Notes under the pieces: model-generated
The model's database searches: none
What the model was told of the DNA's origin: nothing
What the model saw: only the letters and a program-made list of their open reading frames with translations
Position numbers and translations under genes: made by a program
Shown here: positions 1 to 10,345 of the stretch, one piece after another
How the letters are laid out: each line of letters begins with the position of its first letter
Position numbering within the stretch: the first letter of the stretch is position 1
From: Gemmiger formicilis
GTDB taxonomy: Bacteria; Bacillota_I; Bacilli_A; RFN20; CAG-826
Assembly (NCBI GenBank): GCA_963626345.1
Contig: CAVFXI010000034.1
Coordinates: forward strand, 5,081-69,080
Direction of reading: 5' to 3'
DNA: 64,000 nucleotides

Positions 1-85
1 ATATTAAAAGGAAGACTATGATTAGTAGTGGGATTGAACTTTTGTAATATTTTAATAAACGTAAAAATACTTTACTCTTTTTCAT
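1..85 (-). CDS. ABC exporter permease/ATPase, N-terminal fragment (runs off window)
   Basis: Reverse-strand ATG at 85-83, one base after the stop (89-87) of the upstream ABC gene. Translation MKKSKVFLRLLKYYKSSIPLLIIVFLLI resembles the start of an ABC-exporter membrane domain, so it is the likely heterodimer partner. Confidence 0.5.
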   Translation of the reverse strand, partial: MKKSKVFLRLLKYYKSSIPLLIIVFLLI

Positions 86-86
86 A

Positions 87-1859
87 TTACGCACCTCTCT
101 TTTGAGACTTAACCATGTCTTTATAAATGGTGTCAATTTTGATTAAATCTTCACTGGTTCCAACGTTTTCAAGTTTGCCCTCATTTAAAACAATAATTTT
201 ATCAGCATCTTCAATTGTTGAGACTTTTTGAGAAATAACAATCTTAGTTGTGTCTAAAAGATTGTTTCTAAGATTGCTTTTTAAAGTGGATTCAGTGACA
301 CGATCAAGCGCACTAAAGCTATCATCAAAAATGAGAATCTTTGGTTTTGCAACTATGGCTCTAGCAATACAAAGTCTTTGACGTTGACCGCCAGAAACAT
401 TTGTTCCACCCTCACTTATTTCAGTATTGAAACCATTGTCTAGATGATTAACTATGAAATCATAACAACAAGCAATTTTACACGCATTAACAACTTCTTC
501 CATTGAAGCATCAGGATTACCAAATCTTAAATTTTCAAGAACTGTTCCTTTAAAAAGCAGTGGTGATTGAAAACAAAAGCCTATATTTTTATGAAGTTCA
601 TATTCTGAATATTCTTTAATGTTATTTCCAGCAATTAAAATATCGCCTTTTGAAACATCATAAAATCTATCTATTAAATTAACCAAAGTAGATTTCCCGG
701 ATCCTGTAGGACCAATAACACCAACAAATTCACCTGATTTAATGTTTAAACTTATGTCATTTAAAACATAATTTTCCTGTGTTGAAGATGATTTATAATA
801 AACATTTTTAAAAGTTATATCTCCATTATCAATCTTAAGTTTTGAATCATTGTTAAATTTTAAATCAATTTCGGTTGATAAAAGTTCGCAAGTTCTAATA
901 ACTGAAGCATCAGCTTTATTTACAGCAGTTAAACCATTATTAATCATTCTAAAAGCACCTAATGATTGGTTTAAATATGTTAAAAAAGCAGAAATATTTA
1001 CGGTTGTAATCATATATTTCTCATCTATGACAAAAATACCACCAACATATAAAATTAAAACGATAGTGGAGAAAACAACTAAATTTAATACGGGCATACT
1101 TAAAGAAGTCATTGCATAAGATCTAGTTGAAACAACTCTTAAAGTATTGTTAATAGAATTAAATTTTGAGATTTCGTAATCTTCTTTAACATAAGATTTA
1201 ATTGTTTTAACGTTTTTAATTGCTTCTTGAGTATCTTGGTTAAGTAAGTCAGTTTGGGCTTGCATTTCTTTGTATCTTGGTCTGACTTTTTTGATAATAA
1301 TTATATAAATGATACATAAAATAATCATTGGGCCAAATAAAAATGCAGCAAGTTGTGGTGAAATAATTAAAGTAAATATTATTGAACAAAGTAATAATAT
1401 TGGAGCTCTAATTAAAGGTCTAAAGTTTGCACAAAATGTATTTTGAATAATTTGATTATCATCAGTAAGTCTAGTAATTAATGATGATTGTCTCAAATTA
1501 TCAATATTATTAAAACTAAAATCTTGAACTTTTTTATATGATTCAAGACGGAGATGAGCGCCAAACTTTCTTCCTGTGTTTGCAACATATTTTGCACTTA
1601 AAGTTCCAAGTATGAAAGCTAAAACTGCGCATATAATCATAATAGACGCAATCATGATTAAATTATCTAAATTAATTTGATATTGATTATTAGCGTCTTT
1701 ATAAACACCTAAAGTAAGTAAATAGTTCATTAAAAAAGGAACGAACATTTCAAGTGATGCTTCAACGATAGTTAAAGAGATAGCCAATATTAATTCTTTT
1801 TTAAATGGTTTTATGTATTTAAATAACTGAGGGTAATATCTAACTTTCTTCTTTTTCAT
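87..1859 (-). CDS. ABC-type multidrug/lipid exporter, fused permease-ATPase subunit (degenerate-site half)
   Basis: Exporter membrane domain followed by an NBD. Walker A is GPTGSGKST, signature VSGGQRQR, Walker B ILIFDD followed by S instead of the catalytic E. The ORF-track start at 1898 is GTG; the first ATG (MKKKKVRYY) at 1859 is preferred. Confidence 0.9.
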   Translation of the reverse strand: MKKKKVRYYPQLFKYIKPFKKELILAISLTIVEASLEMFVPFLMNYLLTLGVYKDANNQYQINLDNLIMIASIMIICAVLAFILGTLSAKYVANTGRKFGAHLRLESYKKVQDFSFNNIDNLRQSSLITRLTDDNQIIQNTFCANFRPLIRAPILLLCSIIFTLIISPQLAAFLFGPMIILCIIYIIIIKKVRPRYKEMQAQTDLLNQDTQEAIKNVKTIKSYVKEDYEISKFNSINNTLRVVSTRSYAMTSLSMPVLNLVVFSTIVLILYVGGIFVIDEKYMITTVNISAFLTYLNQSLGAFRMINNGLTAVNKADASVIRTCELLSTEIDLKFNNDSKLKIDNGDITFKNVYYKSSSTQENYVLNDISLNIKSGEFVGVIGPTGSGKSTLVNLIDRFYDVSKGDILIAGNNIKEYSEYELHKNIGFCFQSPLLFKGTVLENLRFGNPDASMEEVVNACKIACCYDFIVNHLDNGFNTEISEGGTNVSGGQRQRLCIARAIVAKPKILIFDDSFSALDRVTESTLKSNLRNNLLDTTKIVISQKVSTIEDADKIIVLNEGKLENVGTSEDLIKIDTIYKDMVKSQKRGA

Positions 1860-1930
1860 AGCGCGTATATTATATAAAAAAATGTGTTCAATGAACACAT
1901 TTAAAATATAAATATTTTAAGATTTTAATA

Positions 1931-2269
1931 TTAGTCGCCTAAAGGTTTGCCGTTTCCATCAACAACGACACTGCCAACAAGGATAATAATTCCATCAATA
2001 AATGACCAAATCCATCCTACACCAATGAAAGCTAATAATAATTGAGCAACACCAATTCCAACATAGCCTAAGTAAATTCTACCAATACCTGGAAGGAAAA
2101 TATTTAATAAACCCCCAGCTAATCTACTTTTTACATTTGTTCCATCTTGGTAAACAGTAGATTGAGTGCTAGTAGTAGTTGTATTTTCATTTGGATCTGT
2201 TGGGCATCCACAATTTGGACAATATTTAACATCTTCTGGAACTTCTTTTCCACATTTTCTACAGAACAT
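1931..2269 (-). CDS. zinc-ribbon plus TM2-domain membrane protein
   Basis: N-terminal CxxC...CxxC (CRKCG...CPNCG), a Thr-rich linker, then a TM2-like double helix (GIGRIYLGYVGIGVAQLLL...WIWSFIDGIIIL). Strong SD AGGAGGA lies upstream of the ATG. Confidence 0.75.
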   Translation of the reverse strand: MFCRKCGKEVPEDVKYCPNCGCPTDPNENTTTTSTQSTVYQDGTNVKSRLAGGLLNIFLPGIGRIYLGYVGIGVAQLLLAFIGVGWIWSFIDGIIILVGSVVVDGNGKPLGD

Positions 2270-2351
2270 AACTCGTTCCTCCTAACGATATTATTATATT
2301 CTTATATTTTATTTAATAACATAAAAATATATAATTTCGATAGGTTATGTT

Positions 2352-3158
2352 ATGGATAAATACCTTGTTTTATGCGATTTAGACGATACTTTGTTAACTA
2401 GTTCAAAAGAAATTACTTACGAATCAGTCGATTTTATTAAAAAATTCAAAGAATTGGGAAATATTTTTTGCATTGCAACTGGCAGACCATATCAAGGCGC
2501 TTATAAATATTATGAAAAATTAGGAAAAGATGCTCCATATGTTTGCGATAATGGTTGCTCAATATATTTTAAAGATGAATCTCCAGTATTTTTTGGAATT
2601 AATTTTAATGTTTTTAAAGAATTAATAAATAAACTAATTGGAAAGGATCAAGCAATTTTTGTTGTAACTGGGAATAAGGTTACATATTCACATAACTACG
2701 ACTTAGTACCTGATTTTTTAAAGCATAATGAATTAAATGACATTCAAAATATTGAAAATAATTTTGATAGTGGTGAATATATTCCTTTAATTATAAATCT
2801 ATATTTAAAAGAAAAATATTACGATGAATGCATTAAAATTTTAGATAGTTATAAAGAATATATTCAATATACATATTGGGGCAATAATGATAAAGTTTGC
2901 GCTTTTGAAATTAGATCAATTAATGGTTCAAAAGGCAATGCACTAAAATATTTAAAAAACAAATATATGATAAAAGATGATCATACAATAGCTTTTGGTG
3001 ATCAATTAAATGATATTGATATGCTTAAAGAAGCTTATTATGGAGTAAGCATGATCAATGCAAATGATGATGTAAAAAAAGAAGCAAAATATGTAACTGA
3101 TTTTGACTTTGAAAATAATGGTGTAGTTGAATTTTTAAATAAACATAAATTGTATTAA
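2352..3158 (+). CDS. Cof-type HAD-IIB family hydrolase (sugar phosphatase-like)
   Basis: HAD motif I (LCDLDDTLL) and motif IV (GDQLNDIDML). The 268-aa length fits the Cof/YidA subfamily. Confidence 0.85.
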   Translation: MDKYLVLCDLDDTLLTSSKEITYESVDFIKKFKELGNIFCIATGRPYQGAYKYYEKLGKDAPYVCDNGCSIYFKDESPVFFGINFNVFKELINKLIGKDQAIFVVTGNKVTYSHNYDLVPDFLKHNELNDIQNIENNFDSGEYIPLIINLYLKEKYYDECIKILDSYKEYIQYTYWGNNDKVCAFEIRSINGSKGNALKYLKNKYMIKDDHTIAFGDQLNDIDMLKEAYYGVSMINANDDVKKEAKYVTDFDFENNGVVEFLNKHKLY

Positions 3159-3244
3159 TTATTTAATGGTCATTCTTTATTATTTCTCTTTATATTTAAA
3201 TAAAATCTTTATAAAATATGTATGGTTCTAAAAGGAGAAAAATT

Positions 3245-4003
3245 ATGTCAAAAACATATCAATTAGTCTTAATTAGACATGGTGAATCAGAATGGAATAA
3301 ATTAAATTTATTCACTGGTTGGACTGATGTTGAATTAAGTGAAAAAGGTGTTCAAGAAGCTTCGAATGCAGGCTTACTTTTAAAGAAAGAAGGATTCCAC
3401 TTTGATGTTGCATATACATCATATTTAAGAAGAGCAATTCATACTTTAAATCATGTTTTAGAAGGAATGGAAGAAGAATACATTCCAGTTACTAAATCAT
3501 GGAAATTAAATGAAAAACATTATGGTGCGCTTCAAGGATTAAATAAAGCTGATACAGCCGCAAAATATGGTGATGATCAAGTTAAACTTTGGAGAAGAAG
3601 TTATGATGTTCCAGCACCAGCAGTTGAAGAAGATGATCCACGTAATCCAGCATTGCAAGCTCCATATAAAGGAATTGATCCAAAACTTTTACCACGTACT
3701 GAATGTTTAAAAGATACAGTTGAAAGAGTTGTTCCTTATTTCGAGAGTGAAATTAAACCACAAATTTTAGCTGGTAAAAATGTAATTATTGCAGCTCATG
3801 GAAACAGTTTAAGAGCATTAGTTAAATATTTAGAAAACATTAGTGATGAAGACATTATCTCACTTAATATTCCTACTGGTGTTCCACTTGTCTATGAACT
3901 TGATGAAAATTTAAAGGTTCTTGGAAAGAGATATTTAGGCGACCAAGCCGCTATTGAGGCAGCTATGAATGCTGTTGCAAATCAAGGAAAAGCCAAAAAA
4001 TAG
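3245..4003 (+). CDS. gpmA: 2,3-bisphosphoglycerate-dependent phosphoglycerate mutase
   Basis: [10 protein letters not shown] catalytic-His motif and a second His motif [13 protein letters not shown] at 3245 is preceded by SD AAAGGAG; the track ORF start at 3218 is an upstream extension. Confidence 0.95.
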   Translation: MSKTYQLVLIRHGESEWNKLNLFTGWTDVELSEKGVQEASNAGLLLKKEGFHFDVAYTSYLRRAIHTLNHVLEGMEEEYIPVTKSWKLNEKHYGALQGLNKADTAAKYGDDQVKLWRRSYDVPAPAVEEDDPRNPALQAPYKGIDPKLLPRTECLKDTVERVVPYFESEIKPQILAGKNVIIAAHGNSLRALVKYLENISDEDIISLNIPTGVPLVYELDENLKVLGKRYLGDQAAIEAAMNAVANQGKAKK

Positions 4004-4018
4004 TAATTAATTAGTAGA

Positions 4019-4050
4019 AATAGCATAGTCCTTACTATGCTATTTTTTTA
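4019..4050 (+). terminator. rho-independent terminator after gpmA
   Basis: Stem TAGCATAGT (4021-4029) pairs with ACTATGCTA (4034-4042) across a 4-nt loop, followed by a T-run at 4043-4049. Confidence 0.8.
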
Positions 4051-4066
4051 TACAAAGGTGTAGATT

Positions 4067-4459
4067 ATGGAAAATGAAATTATATTAACAAACATGGTTA
4101 TGATTTATTCAAATGATAAGATTTTAGTTCAAAATCGAGTGGCAAATGATTGGCCAGGAATTAATTTTCCTGGAGGTCATGTTAAGTTTGATGAATCAAT
4201 TGAAGAATCATGTGTTAGGGAAATTAAAGAAGAAACAGGTTTAGATATTTCTAATCTTCATTTTTGCGGATTCTTTGAATGGAACATTATTAAAGACCAC
4301 AAAAGACACTTAGCTATGTTGTATAAAACTAAAGATTATAGTGGAGAGCTTGTGTCTTCTAGTGAAGGCAAAATGTTATGGATTAACGTTAATGATATTA
4401 ATAAATATCAACAATCAGTTGATTTTGATAAAGTCTTAAAAATCATGCTTGAGAATTAA
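4067..4459 (+). CDS. NUDIX hydrolase
   Basis: Nudix box GGHVKFDESIEESCVREIKEETGL (Gx5Ex7REUxEExGU). Confidence 0.85.
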   Translation: MENEIILTNMVMIYSNDKILVQNRVANDWPGINFPGGHVKFDESIEESCVREIKEETGLDISNLHFCGFFEWNIIKDHKRHLAMLYKTKDYSGELVSSSEGKMLWINVNDINKYQQSVDFDKVLKIMLEN

Positions 4460-4502
4460 ATTTAATCGATTACATCTATTAAAAAACATATGTGAAAAAG
4501 CA

Positions 4503-4541
4503 AGTTTCATTTATGAACTATTAATTTTCATAAATGAAACT
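4503..4541. repeat. 15-bp perfect inverted repeat (hairpin) between convergent genes
   Basis: AGTTTCATTTATGAA (4503-4517) and TTCATAAATGAAACT (4527-4541) flank a 9-nt loop. On the minus strand it is followed by TGCTTTTT, so it may be an auxiliary terminator for thrS. Confidence 0.5.
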
Positions 4542-4543
4542 AG

Positions 4544-4580
4544 AAAAAAACGAATTGCAATGAATGCTAATTCGTTTTTT
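4544..4580. terminator. bidirectional rho-independent terminator (NUDIX gene / thrS)
   Basis: A7-CGAATT ... AATTCG-T6: a GC-containing stem flanked by an A-run and a T-run, lying between convergent genes. Confidence 0.75.
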
Positions 4581-4615
4581 CGTTATAAGAAGAAATTTAC
4601 AAAATCTCTTACTCG

Positions 4616-6547
4616 CTATTTGATAGATTTCTTTGGATCAATAAGCATTGCTTTTGATTCAATTTCATCGTTTATAAGTTTAATAAATTCATCGACTGAA
4701 ACAGTAATTTGTTTTTCATCACCATATCTACGATAAGTTACTGTGCCATTTTTAACTTCGTTATCGCCAATAACAAGAGTATATGGGATTTTCATCATTT
4801 GTGCATTTCTGATTCTGTATCCTAATTTTTCTTCTGAATCATCAAGTTGAACTCTTAATTTGTCAGCTTTTAATTTCTTCATGAGTTCTTTGCAATATTC
4901 AAGATGGAAGTTGTTGTTAACTGGAAGAACTTTAACTTGAACAGGAGTGCACCATGTTGGGAAAGCACCTGCAAAGTTTTCAGTGATAATACCTAAGAAT
5001 CTTTCAATGCTTCCAAGCATTGCTCTATGAAGCATGATTGGTTGTTTTTTGCTGCCATCTTTATCAATGTAGTAGCAACCAAATCTTTGTGGTAAGTTCA
5101 TATCAAGTTGAATAGTTCCACATTGCCAAACTCTACCCATACAATCTTTTAATTTGAAGTCAAGTTTTGGTCCATAGAATGCTCCATCTCCTGGATTAAT
5201 TTTGAATTCTTTGCCACTTGCTAAACATGCTTCTTTTAAGATTTCTTCTGATTTATTCCATAAAGCAATATCACCAATATATCCTTCTTCAGGTCTAGTT
5301 GAAAGTTCAATTCTATAGTCTAAACCAAAGAGAGTGTAGCAATAGTTATATAAACCAATTAAGGTTTTAATTTCTGATTCAAGTTGATCTTCTCTACAAT
5401 AAATATGAGCATCATCTTGTGTGAAGCAACGAACTCTAAATAAACCATTTAATGCACCGCTTGCTTCATGTCTATGAACAAGACCCATTTCTGCAATTCT
5501 ACATGGTAAATCTTTATATGAATGGATACTTGAGTTATAAACTAAAATTGATCCTGGGCAATTCATTGGTTTAATTGCGAATTCTTTGTCATCAATTTTA
5601 GTGGTGTACATGTTTTCTTTATAGTGATCCCAGTGTCCACTAGTAATCCAAAGTTCTTTGCTCAACATAATTGGAGTATTAACAACTTGGTATCCATATT
5701 CGTTTTGCAAATCATACCACCAAGCTTCGATATTTCTTCTTAAAGTCCAACCATTTGGAAGCCAGAATGGGAAACCAGGACCATATTCACTAATCATGAA
5801 TAATCCTAAATCTTTTCCAAGTTTACGATGATCTCTCTTTTTAGCTTCTTCTTTAAGTAAGATATGTCTTTCTAAATCTTCTTTAGTCCAGCAAGAAACA
5901 CCATAAATTCTAGTTAATTGTTTATTTTTTGAGTCGCCTCTCCAATAAGCACCAGCTAAATTTTCAAGTTTGAAGTTTTTAATGTATCCAGTTGAAGGAA
6001 CATGGACTCCTAAACAAAGATCAAACCAATCGCCTTGTTTATAAATGGTAATTTTCCCATCTTCCAACTCTGAAATTAATTCTTCCTTATATGGATTTCC
6101 TTTGAATAAATCGAGAGCTTTTTCTTTTGAAACTTCTTCTCTAATAATATATTCATTCTTTTTAGAGAATTCTTTCATCTTAGCTTCAATTTTTGGCAAA
6201 TCTTCTTGCTTTAAAACATAATCTTTAAAATCAACATCATAATAGAATCCATCTTCAATTGCAGGGCCAATGGTGAATAATGCATCTGGCCATAAAGCAT
6301 GGATTGCTTGAGCCATTAAATGACTTGTTGAGTGATTTAAAATGTGAAAAGCTTCTGGAGAAGAAGTGGTGATTAATTCAAATTCTTTTCCACCTTCTGG
6401 AAGTGGTCTAAATAAATCATAATCTTTTCCATCAACTTTATAAGCAATTGCTTTTTTCTTGTTTTCAGGATCTAAAAGAAGAGCAACATCCATTCCATTT
6501 GCGCCATCTTTTACTTCAATTTCTTTTTGATTGACTAAAATTTTCAT
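4616..6547 (-). CDS. thrS: threonine--tRNA ligase
   Basis: 643 aa with an N-terminal TGS-like domain, an editing-domain HxxxH region (HSTSHLMAQA) and class II core motifs (HRHEASGAL, FRVRCFTQDDAHIY). SD AGAAGGAGAA is present. Confidence 0.97.
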   Translation of the reverse strand: MKILVNQKEIEVKDGANGMDVALLLDPENKKKAIAYKVDGKDYDLFRPLPEGGKEFELITTSSPEAFHILNHSTSHLMAQAIHALWPDALFTIGPAIEDGFYYDVDFKDYVLKQEDLPKIEAKMKEFSKKNEYIIREEVSKEKALDLFKGNPYKEELISELEDGKITIYKQGDWFDLCLGVHVPSTGYIKNFKLENLAGAYWRGDSKNKQLTRIYGVSCWTKEDLERHILLKEEAKKRDHRKLGKDLGLFMISEYGPGFPFWLPNGWTLRRNIEAWWYDLQNEYGYQVVNTPIMLSKELWITSGHWDHYKENMYTTKIDDKEFAIKPMNCPGSILVYNSSIHSYKDLPCRIAEMGLVHRHEASGALNGLFRVRCFTQDDAHIYCREDQLESEIKTLIGLYNYCYTLFGLDYRIELSTRPEEGYIGDIALWNKSEEILKEACLASGKEFKINPGDGAFYGPKLDFKLKDCMGRVWQCGTIQLDMNLPQRFGCYYIDKDGSKKQPIMLHRAMLGSIERFLGIITENFAGAFPTWCTPVQVKVLPVNNNFHLEYCKELMKKLKADKLRVQLDDSEEKLGYRIRNAQMMKIPYTLVIGDNEVKNGTVTYRRYGDEKQITVSVDEFIKLINDEIESKAMLIDPKKSIK

Positions 6548-6570
6548 AAATTTTCTCCTTCTCTAAGAAC

Positions 6571-6790
6571 AAAAAACGTCCTTAGAAATAAAATTCTAAG
6601 GACGTAATATACGCGGTACCACCTTAGTTATAGAGAAAAATTTCTCTATCACTTAGTTTAAAATTTTAAGGATAAATTCTAACCTTTGCTCCGAAGTGGT
6701 AACTATTAATTTTCTTTAAGAAATCTTTCACCAACAACTGATTTCCTCTCTAATAAAGAAGATTTAATAATCGTTTCTTCTTCAACGCTA
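6571..6790 (-). promoter_or_regulatory. T-box leader, threonine specifier (ACC), transcription-terminating type
   Basis: Read on the minus strand. AGAGAGG...GGTGAAAG stem I elements, specifier ACC (plus 6700-6698) followed by A, and T-box sequence AAGGTGGTACCGCG (plus 6612-6626). Terminator is ACGTCCTTAGA/TCTAAGGACGT plus T6 (plus 6571-6605). Confidence 0.9.
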
Positions 6791-6873
6791 TAAATATAAT
6801 AATCTTATTTTTAAGTAAATCAACAATTTTAAATAAGACTTTTTTATATAAAAATGAATGAATAATTATATTT

Positions 6874-7782
6874 TTATGGCAATTTTTGACCACTTGAAGT
6901 GTAAATTTTATACCATTCATCTTTAGTTAATTCAATTTTTGTTCCATTAATTGCATCTAATATGTGATCTTTATTTGTTGAACCGATTAAAACTTGAATA
7001 TTTGCACCAAGCTTCAATAAGAAAGCAATAGCTATGCCTTGAGGAGTGGAGTTATATTTAGTTGCTAATTTTTTTAAATAAACATTTAGTTCATGATATT
7101 TCTCGTCATTATTAAATATTAAGCCTTCAAACATGCCATATTGGAATGGCGACCAGCATTGTAATAAGATGTTTTTCCTTTTTAAATAGAAGAAAATATT
7201 ACTGCTTCTTTCAATACCTTCATTAAAATATGTATTAAAATTTAATTCTTCAGAGATAATTGAAGGATGACCAATACCAAGTTGAAGTTGATTAACTTCT
7301 ATTTTTTGTTTGCAAGTATCTTCTAAATATTTAATGGCTTCTTTTGAAAAATTTGAAACACCAAAATGTTTAACCATTCCTTTTTCATATAAATAATTGA
7401 AAGCTTTTGCAACTTCTTCATTATCTAAAAAAATATCTGGCCTATGAAGCAAAAAATAATCAACATAAGGAAGACCTAATCTTGAAAGTGAATCCTCGCA
7501 AGATTTTACGATTGCATCATATGATAAATCATATATGCATGTTCCTTTTTCTCTATTTTTATAGATGCCACATTTAGTTTGGATAATCATCCTTTCTCTT
7601 AAACTTGGATTAATTTTTAAAGCTTCGCCAAGTTTTCTTTCGCTATCTCCATCATTATAAATGCTTGATGTGTCGAAAAAATTAATCCCATGATCAAGAT
7701 CGAATTTAATTAAGTCTGCTAAGTCTTTTGGACTAACATCTTTTAAACGCATTAGTCCTTGAATAATTTTTGAGTTTTCCAT
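6874..7782 (-). CDS. aldo/keto reductase family oxidoreductase
   Basis: 302 aa with AKR-type segments (FFDTSSIYNDGDSE, LLHRPD, GVSNF). Confidence 0.85.
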   Translation of the reverse strand: MENSKIIQGLMRLKDVSPKDLADLIKFDLDHGINFFDTSSIYNDGDSERKLGEALKINPSLRERMIIQTKCGIYKNREKGTCIYDLSYDAIVKSCEDSLSRLGLPYVDYFLLHRPDIFLDNEEVAKAFNYLYEKGMVKHFGVSNFSKEAIKYLEDTCKQKIEVNQLQLGIGHPSIISEELNFNTYFNEGIERSSNIFFYLKRKNILLQCWSPFQYGMFEGLIFNNDEKYHELNVYLKKLATKYNSTPQGIAIAFLLKLGANIQVLIGSTNKDHILDAINGTKIELTKDEWYKIYTSSGQKLP

Positions 7783-7810
7783 ATTTCAATTATAAATTAA
7801 GAAAGGCATT

Positions 7811-7837
7811 AAAAAAACTCCAATTAGGAGTTTTTTA
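7811..7837 (-). terminator. rho-independent terminator after pyk (bidirectional shape)
   Basis: A7-CTCC AATTA GGAG-T6 hairpin directly downstream of the pyk stop on the minus strand. Confidence 0.7.
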
Positions 7838-7855
7838 ATTTTTAGTCAAATATTT

Positions 7856-9313
7856 TTAAGCAACACTCTTATTATCTGGGAGATTAACAATTCTCATAAA
7901 GTTTGCTTTTCCAGAACCAGTAGGAGTACCGCCACTAATTAAAATGGAATCGCCTGGGTTAAGTCCAAGTTGTTTTGCATAATAAATTGATAAAACTTCC
8001 ATCTCTTCAATAAAATCTGGCATTTTTGTTGGAATATATGTTGAATAAATTCCCCAATATAATGCGTTTTGTAAACAAGTTTTCTCTTGATTACTTATTG
8101 AAAGAATAGGGCAGCATGGTCTAGCTTTACTAATTCTTCTACTAGATTTACCAGTTTCAGTAAAACTAACAATTAATTTAGCGTTAATTAATTTTGCAGT
8201 ATTGGCAATTGAGTTAGCAATTGCATCATTGTTAACTTTTTCACTTGAATCGTAAGCTTCTTTTGCAAGACGTTCAAAATCAAGTTGTTTTTCCATAGTT
8301 GAAGAGATTCTTGTTTGCATATCAACAGCTTCAATTGGATATTCGCCACTTGCACTTTCAGCAGAAAGCATGACACAATCACTAGATTCATTAATTGCAG
8401 TTGCAACATCACTTACTTCAGCTCTTGTTGGAACTGGAGAATGGCACATGGAATCAAGCATTTGAGTTGCAGTGATAACAGGTTTACCTTCTTTTCTGCA
8501 CATAGAAATAAGTTCGTTTTGAATAATTGGAACTTCTTCTGGAGGTATTTCAACACCTAAGTCGCCTCTAGCTACCATAATTCCATCGCTAGCATCGACA
8601 ATTTCTTTAATGTGAGATAAAGCAACAACGTTTTCAATCTTGGAAATAATTCTAATTTCTGGATGACCTTGTTCTTTAAGTAATTGTCTAATTTCTTCGA
8701 CATCTTCAGCAGTGGAGACAAATGAAGCAGCGATATAATCTACTCCATGTTCACAACCCCAAATAAGATCGTTTCTATCTTTTTCGTTCATGAATGGCAT
8801 ACTAAGCCTTGCGCCGACACAATTTACACCTTTTTTACTTCCTAAATCGTGACTATCAAGAGCTTCACAAATAAGTTCATGATTCTTTTCATCTTTTTTT
8901 CTTACGATTAAATCAAGTTTTCCATCATCAAATTTAATGTGGTTGCCAACTTTAGCATCATTATAGAGTCCAGGGAAATTAACACTAATTTTTTCAGGAG
9001 TTCCTAAAACTTCTTTCATAGAAATTCTAACAGTTTGTCCTTTTTTAATAGGAATTAAATTATTTTCCATATCGTGGCATCTAATTTCTGGACCTTTTGT
9101 ATCAAGCATAACAGCGATAAATACGCCTTCTTTTTCAAGTGCTCTCGCTTTGTTTAATTTTTCTAAATGTTCATCATAACTACCATGAGAAAAATTTAAA
9201 CGCATGCAATTCATGCCGTGTTTAACAAGTTCAACTAACATTTCTTTAGATTCACTTGCTGGACCAATTGTACAAACTATTTTGGTGTTTTTTGAAATAT
9301 TTCTTTTAATCAT
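7856..9313 (-). CDS. pyk: pyruvate kinase
   Basis: 485 aa. N-terminus KIVCTIGPAS, MLDTKGPEIR, and MVARGDLGVEIP active-site segments. Confidence 0.95.
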   Translation of the reverse strand: MIKRNISKNTKIVCTIGPASESKEMLVELVKHGMNCMRLNFSHGSYDEHLEKLNKARALEKEGVFIAVMLDTKGPEIRCHDMENNLIPIKKGQTVRISMKEVLGTPEKISVNFPGLYNDAKVGNHIKFDDGKLDLIVRKKDEKNHELICEALDSHDLGSKKGVNCVGARLSMPFMNEKDRNDLIWGCEHGVDYIAASFVSTAEDVEEIRQLLKEQGHPEIRIISKIENVVALSHIKEIVDASDGIMVARGDLGVEIPPEEVPIIQNELISMCRKEGKPVITATQMLDSMCHSPVPTRAEVSDVATAINESSDCVMLSAESASGEYPIEAVDMQTRISSTMEKQLDFERLAKEAYDSSEKVNNDAIANSIANTAKLINAKLIVSFTETGKSSRRISKARPCCPILSISNQEKTCLQNALYWGIYSTYIPTKMPDFIEEMEVLSIYYAKQLGLNPGDSILISGGTPTGSGKANFMRIVNLPDNKSVA

Positions 9314-9325
9314 TGTTCTATTCCT

Positions 9326-10285
9326 TTACTTAATTAAATCGTAATAATCATATAATTCTTCATGCTTATCTCTTGGTGTTGCTAAAGCTTCATAAATATC
9401 TTGATGGTGGAGCTTATTATTTACAATACCAACACAAACGCCACCAATACCTTCATCCAAAAGTTTAATAGCATAGGCACCCATTCTTGTACTATTAAAT
9501 CTTTCCATAGCACTTGGACGCCCACCTCTTTGTATATATCCCAAAACATCAAGTCTAGTATCGAATCCAGTTTCTTTTTGAATTCTTTCAACCAATGCTT
9601 TAGTATCTAACATTTTTTCACTAACTAAAATTGTTACATGATCAGGATTTGTTTTCTTTAATTCTTTAAGTTGTGCAATAAGTTCATCTAAATCAACTGG
9701 TCTATCGTTTGTAATTATAAAATCTGCATGAGTAGCAATACCGGCAAAAAGTGTTAAATCTCCGCATTTATTGCCCATAATTTCAATTACGCCGCATCTA
9801 TTATGACTACTCATTGTATCGTTAATGTCATCAATTGCTGAAACAACTTTATTTAAAGCTGTATCAAAACCAATTGTAAAATCGGTTGAAGAAATATCGT
9901 TGTCAATAGTTCCTGGAAGACCAACGCAATTAATTCCTTGTTCACTTAATTTTTTAGCCCCCATATAACTTCCATCGCCACCAATGACAATTAATGCATC
10001 AATTCCATGTTTTCTTAAAGTTTCGATACCTTTCTTTTGGACTTCTGGATCTTTAAATTCTGGAAGACGAGCAGACTTTAAAACGGTTCCGCCAAGCGAA
10101 ACACTATATTTTGCAAAATCTTTATCGACTTTTTCAATTTCATCATGAACTAATCCATAATAGCCATGTCTAATAACGTACATTTCTTTATTTAATTTGT
10201 AGCCGGCTCTAATTGCCCCAATCATCGCACAGTTCATGCCTGGTGCATCGCCGCCACTGGCTAATATACCAATTTTCTTAACCAT
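9326..10285 (-). CDS. pfkA: ATP-dependent 6-phosphofructokinase
   Basis: GILASGGDAPGMN and VIGGDGSY motifs. ATG at 10285 follows SD AGAAGGA; the track start at 10312 is an extension. The pfkA-pyk tandem is as in Bacilli. Confidence 0.95.
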   Translation of the reverse strand: MVKKIGILASGGDAPGMNCAMIGAIRAGYKLNKEMYVIRHGYYGLVHDEIEKVDKDFAKYSVSLGGTVLKSARLPEFKDPEVQKKGIETLRKHGIDALIVIGGDGSYMGAKKLSEQGINCVGLPGTIDNDISSTDFTIGFDTALNKVVSAIDDINDTMSSHNRCGVIEIMGNKCGDLTLFAGIATHADFIITNDRPVDLDELIAQLKELKKTNPDHVTILVSEKMLDTKALVERIQKETGFDTRLDVLGYIQRGGRPSAMERFNSTRMGAYAIKLLDEGIGGVCVGIVNNKLHHQDIYEALATPRDKHEELYDYYDLIK

Positions 10286-10345
10286 AGAACCTATCCTTCT
10301 TTCGAAAATCATTATAATATAAAATAACTTTTAGATATAGCAATT

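Noticed and set aside
1860-1898. N-terminal extension of the first ABC gene (track start at 1898)
   Set aside because: The start at 1898 is a GTG with no SD, and the added residues (MFIEHIFLYNIRA) precede a typical ABC N-terminus MKKKKVRYY. The ATG at 1859 is preferred, though neither start has a clear SD.
4449-4736. 95-aa plus-strand ORF from the track
   Set aside because: It runs through two terminator hairpins and into the 3' end of thrS on the opposite strand. It has no SD and a low-complexity product, so it is most likely spurious.
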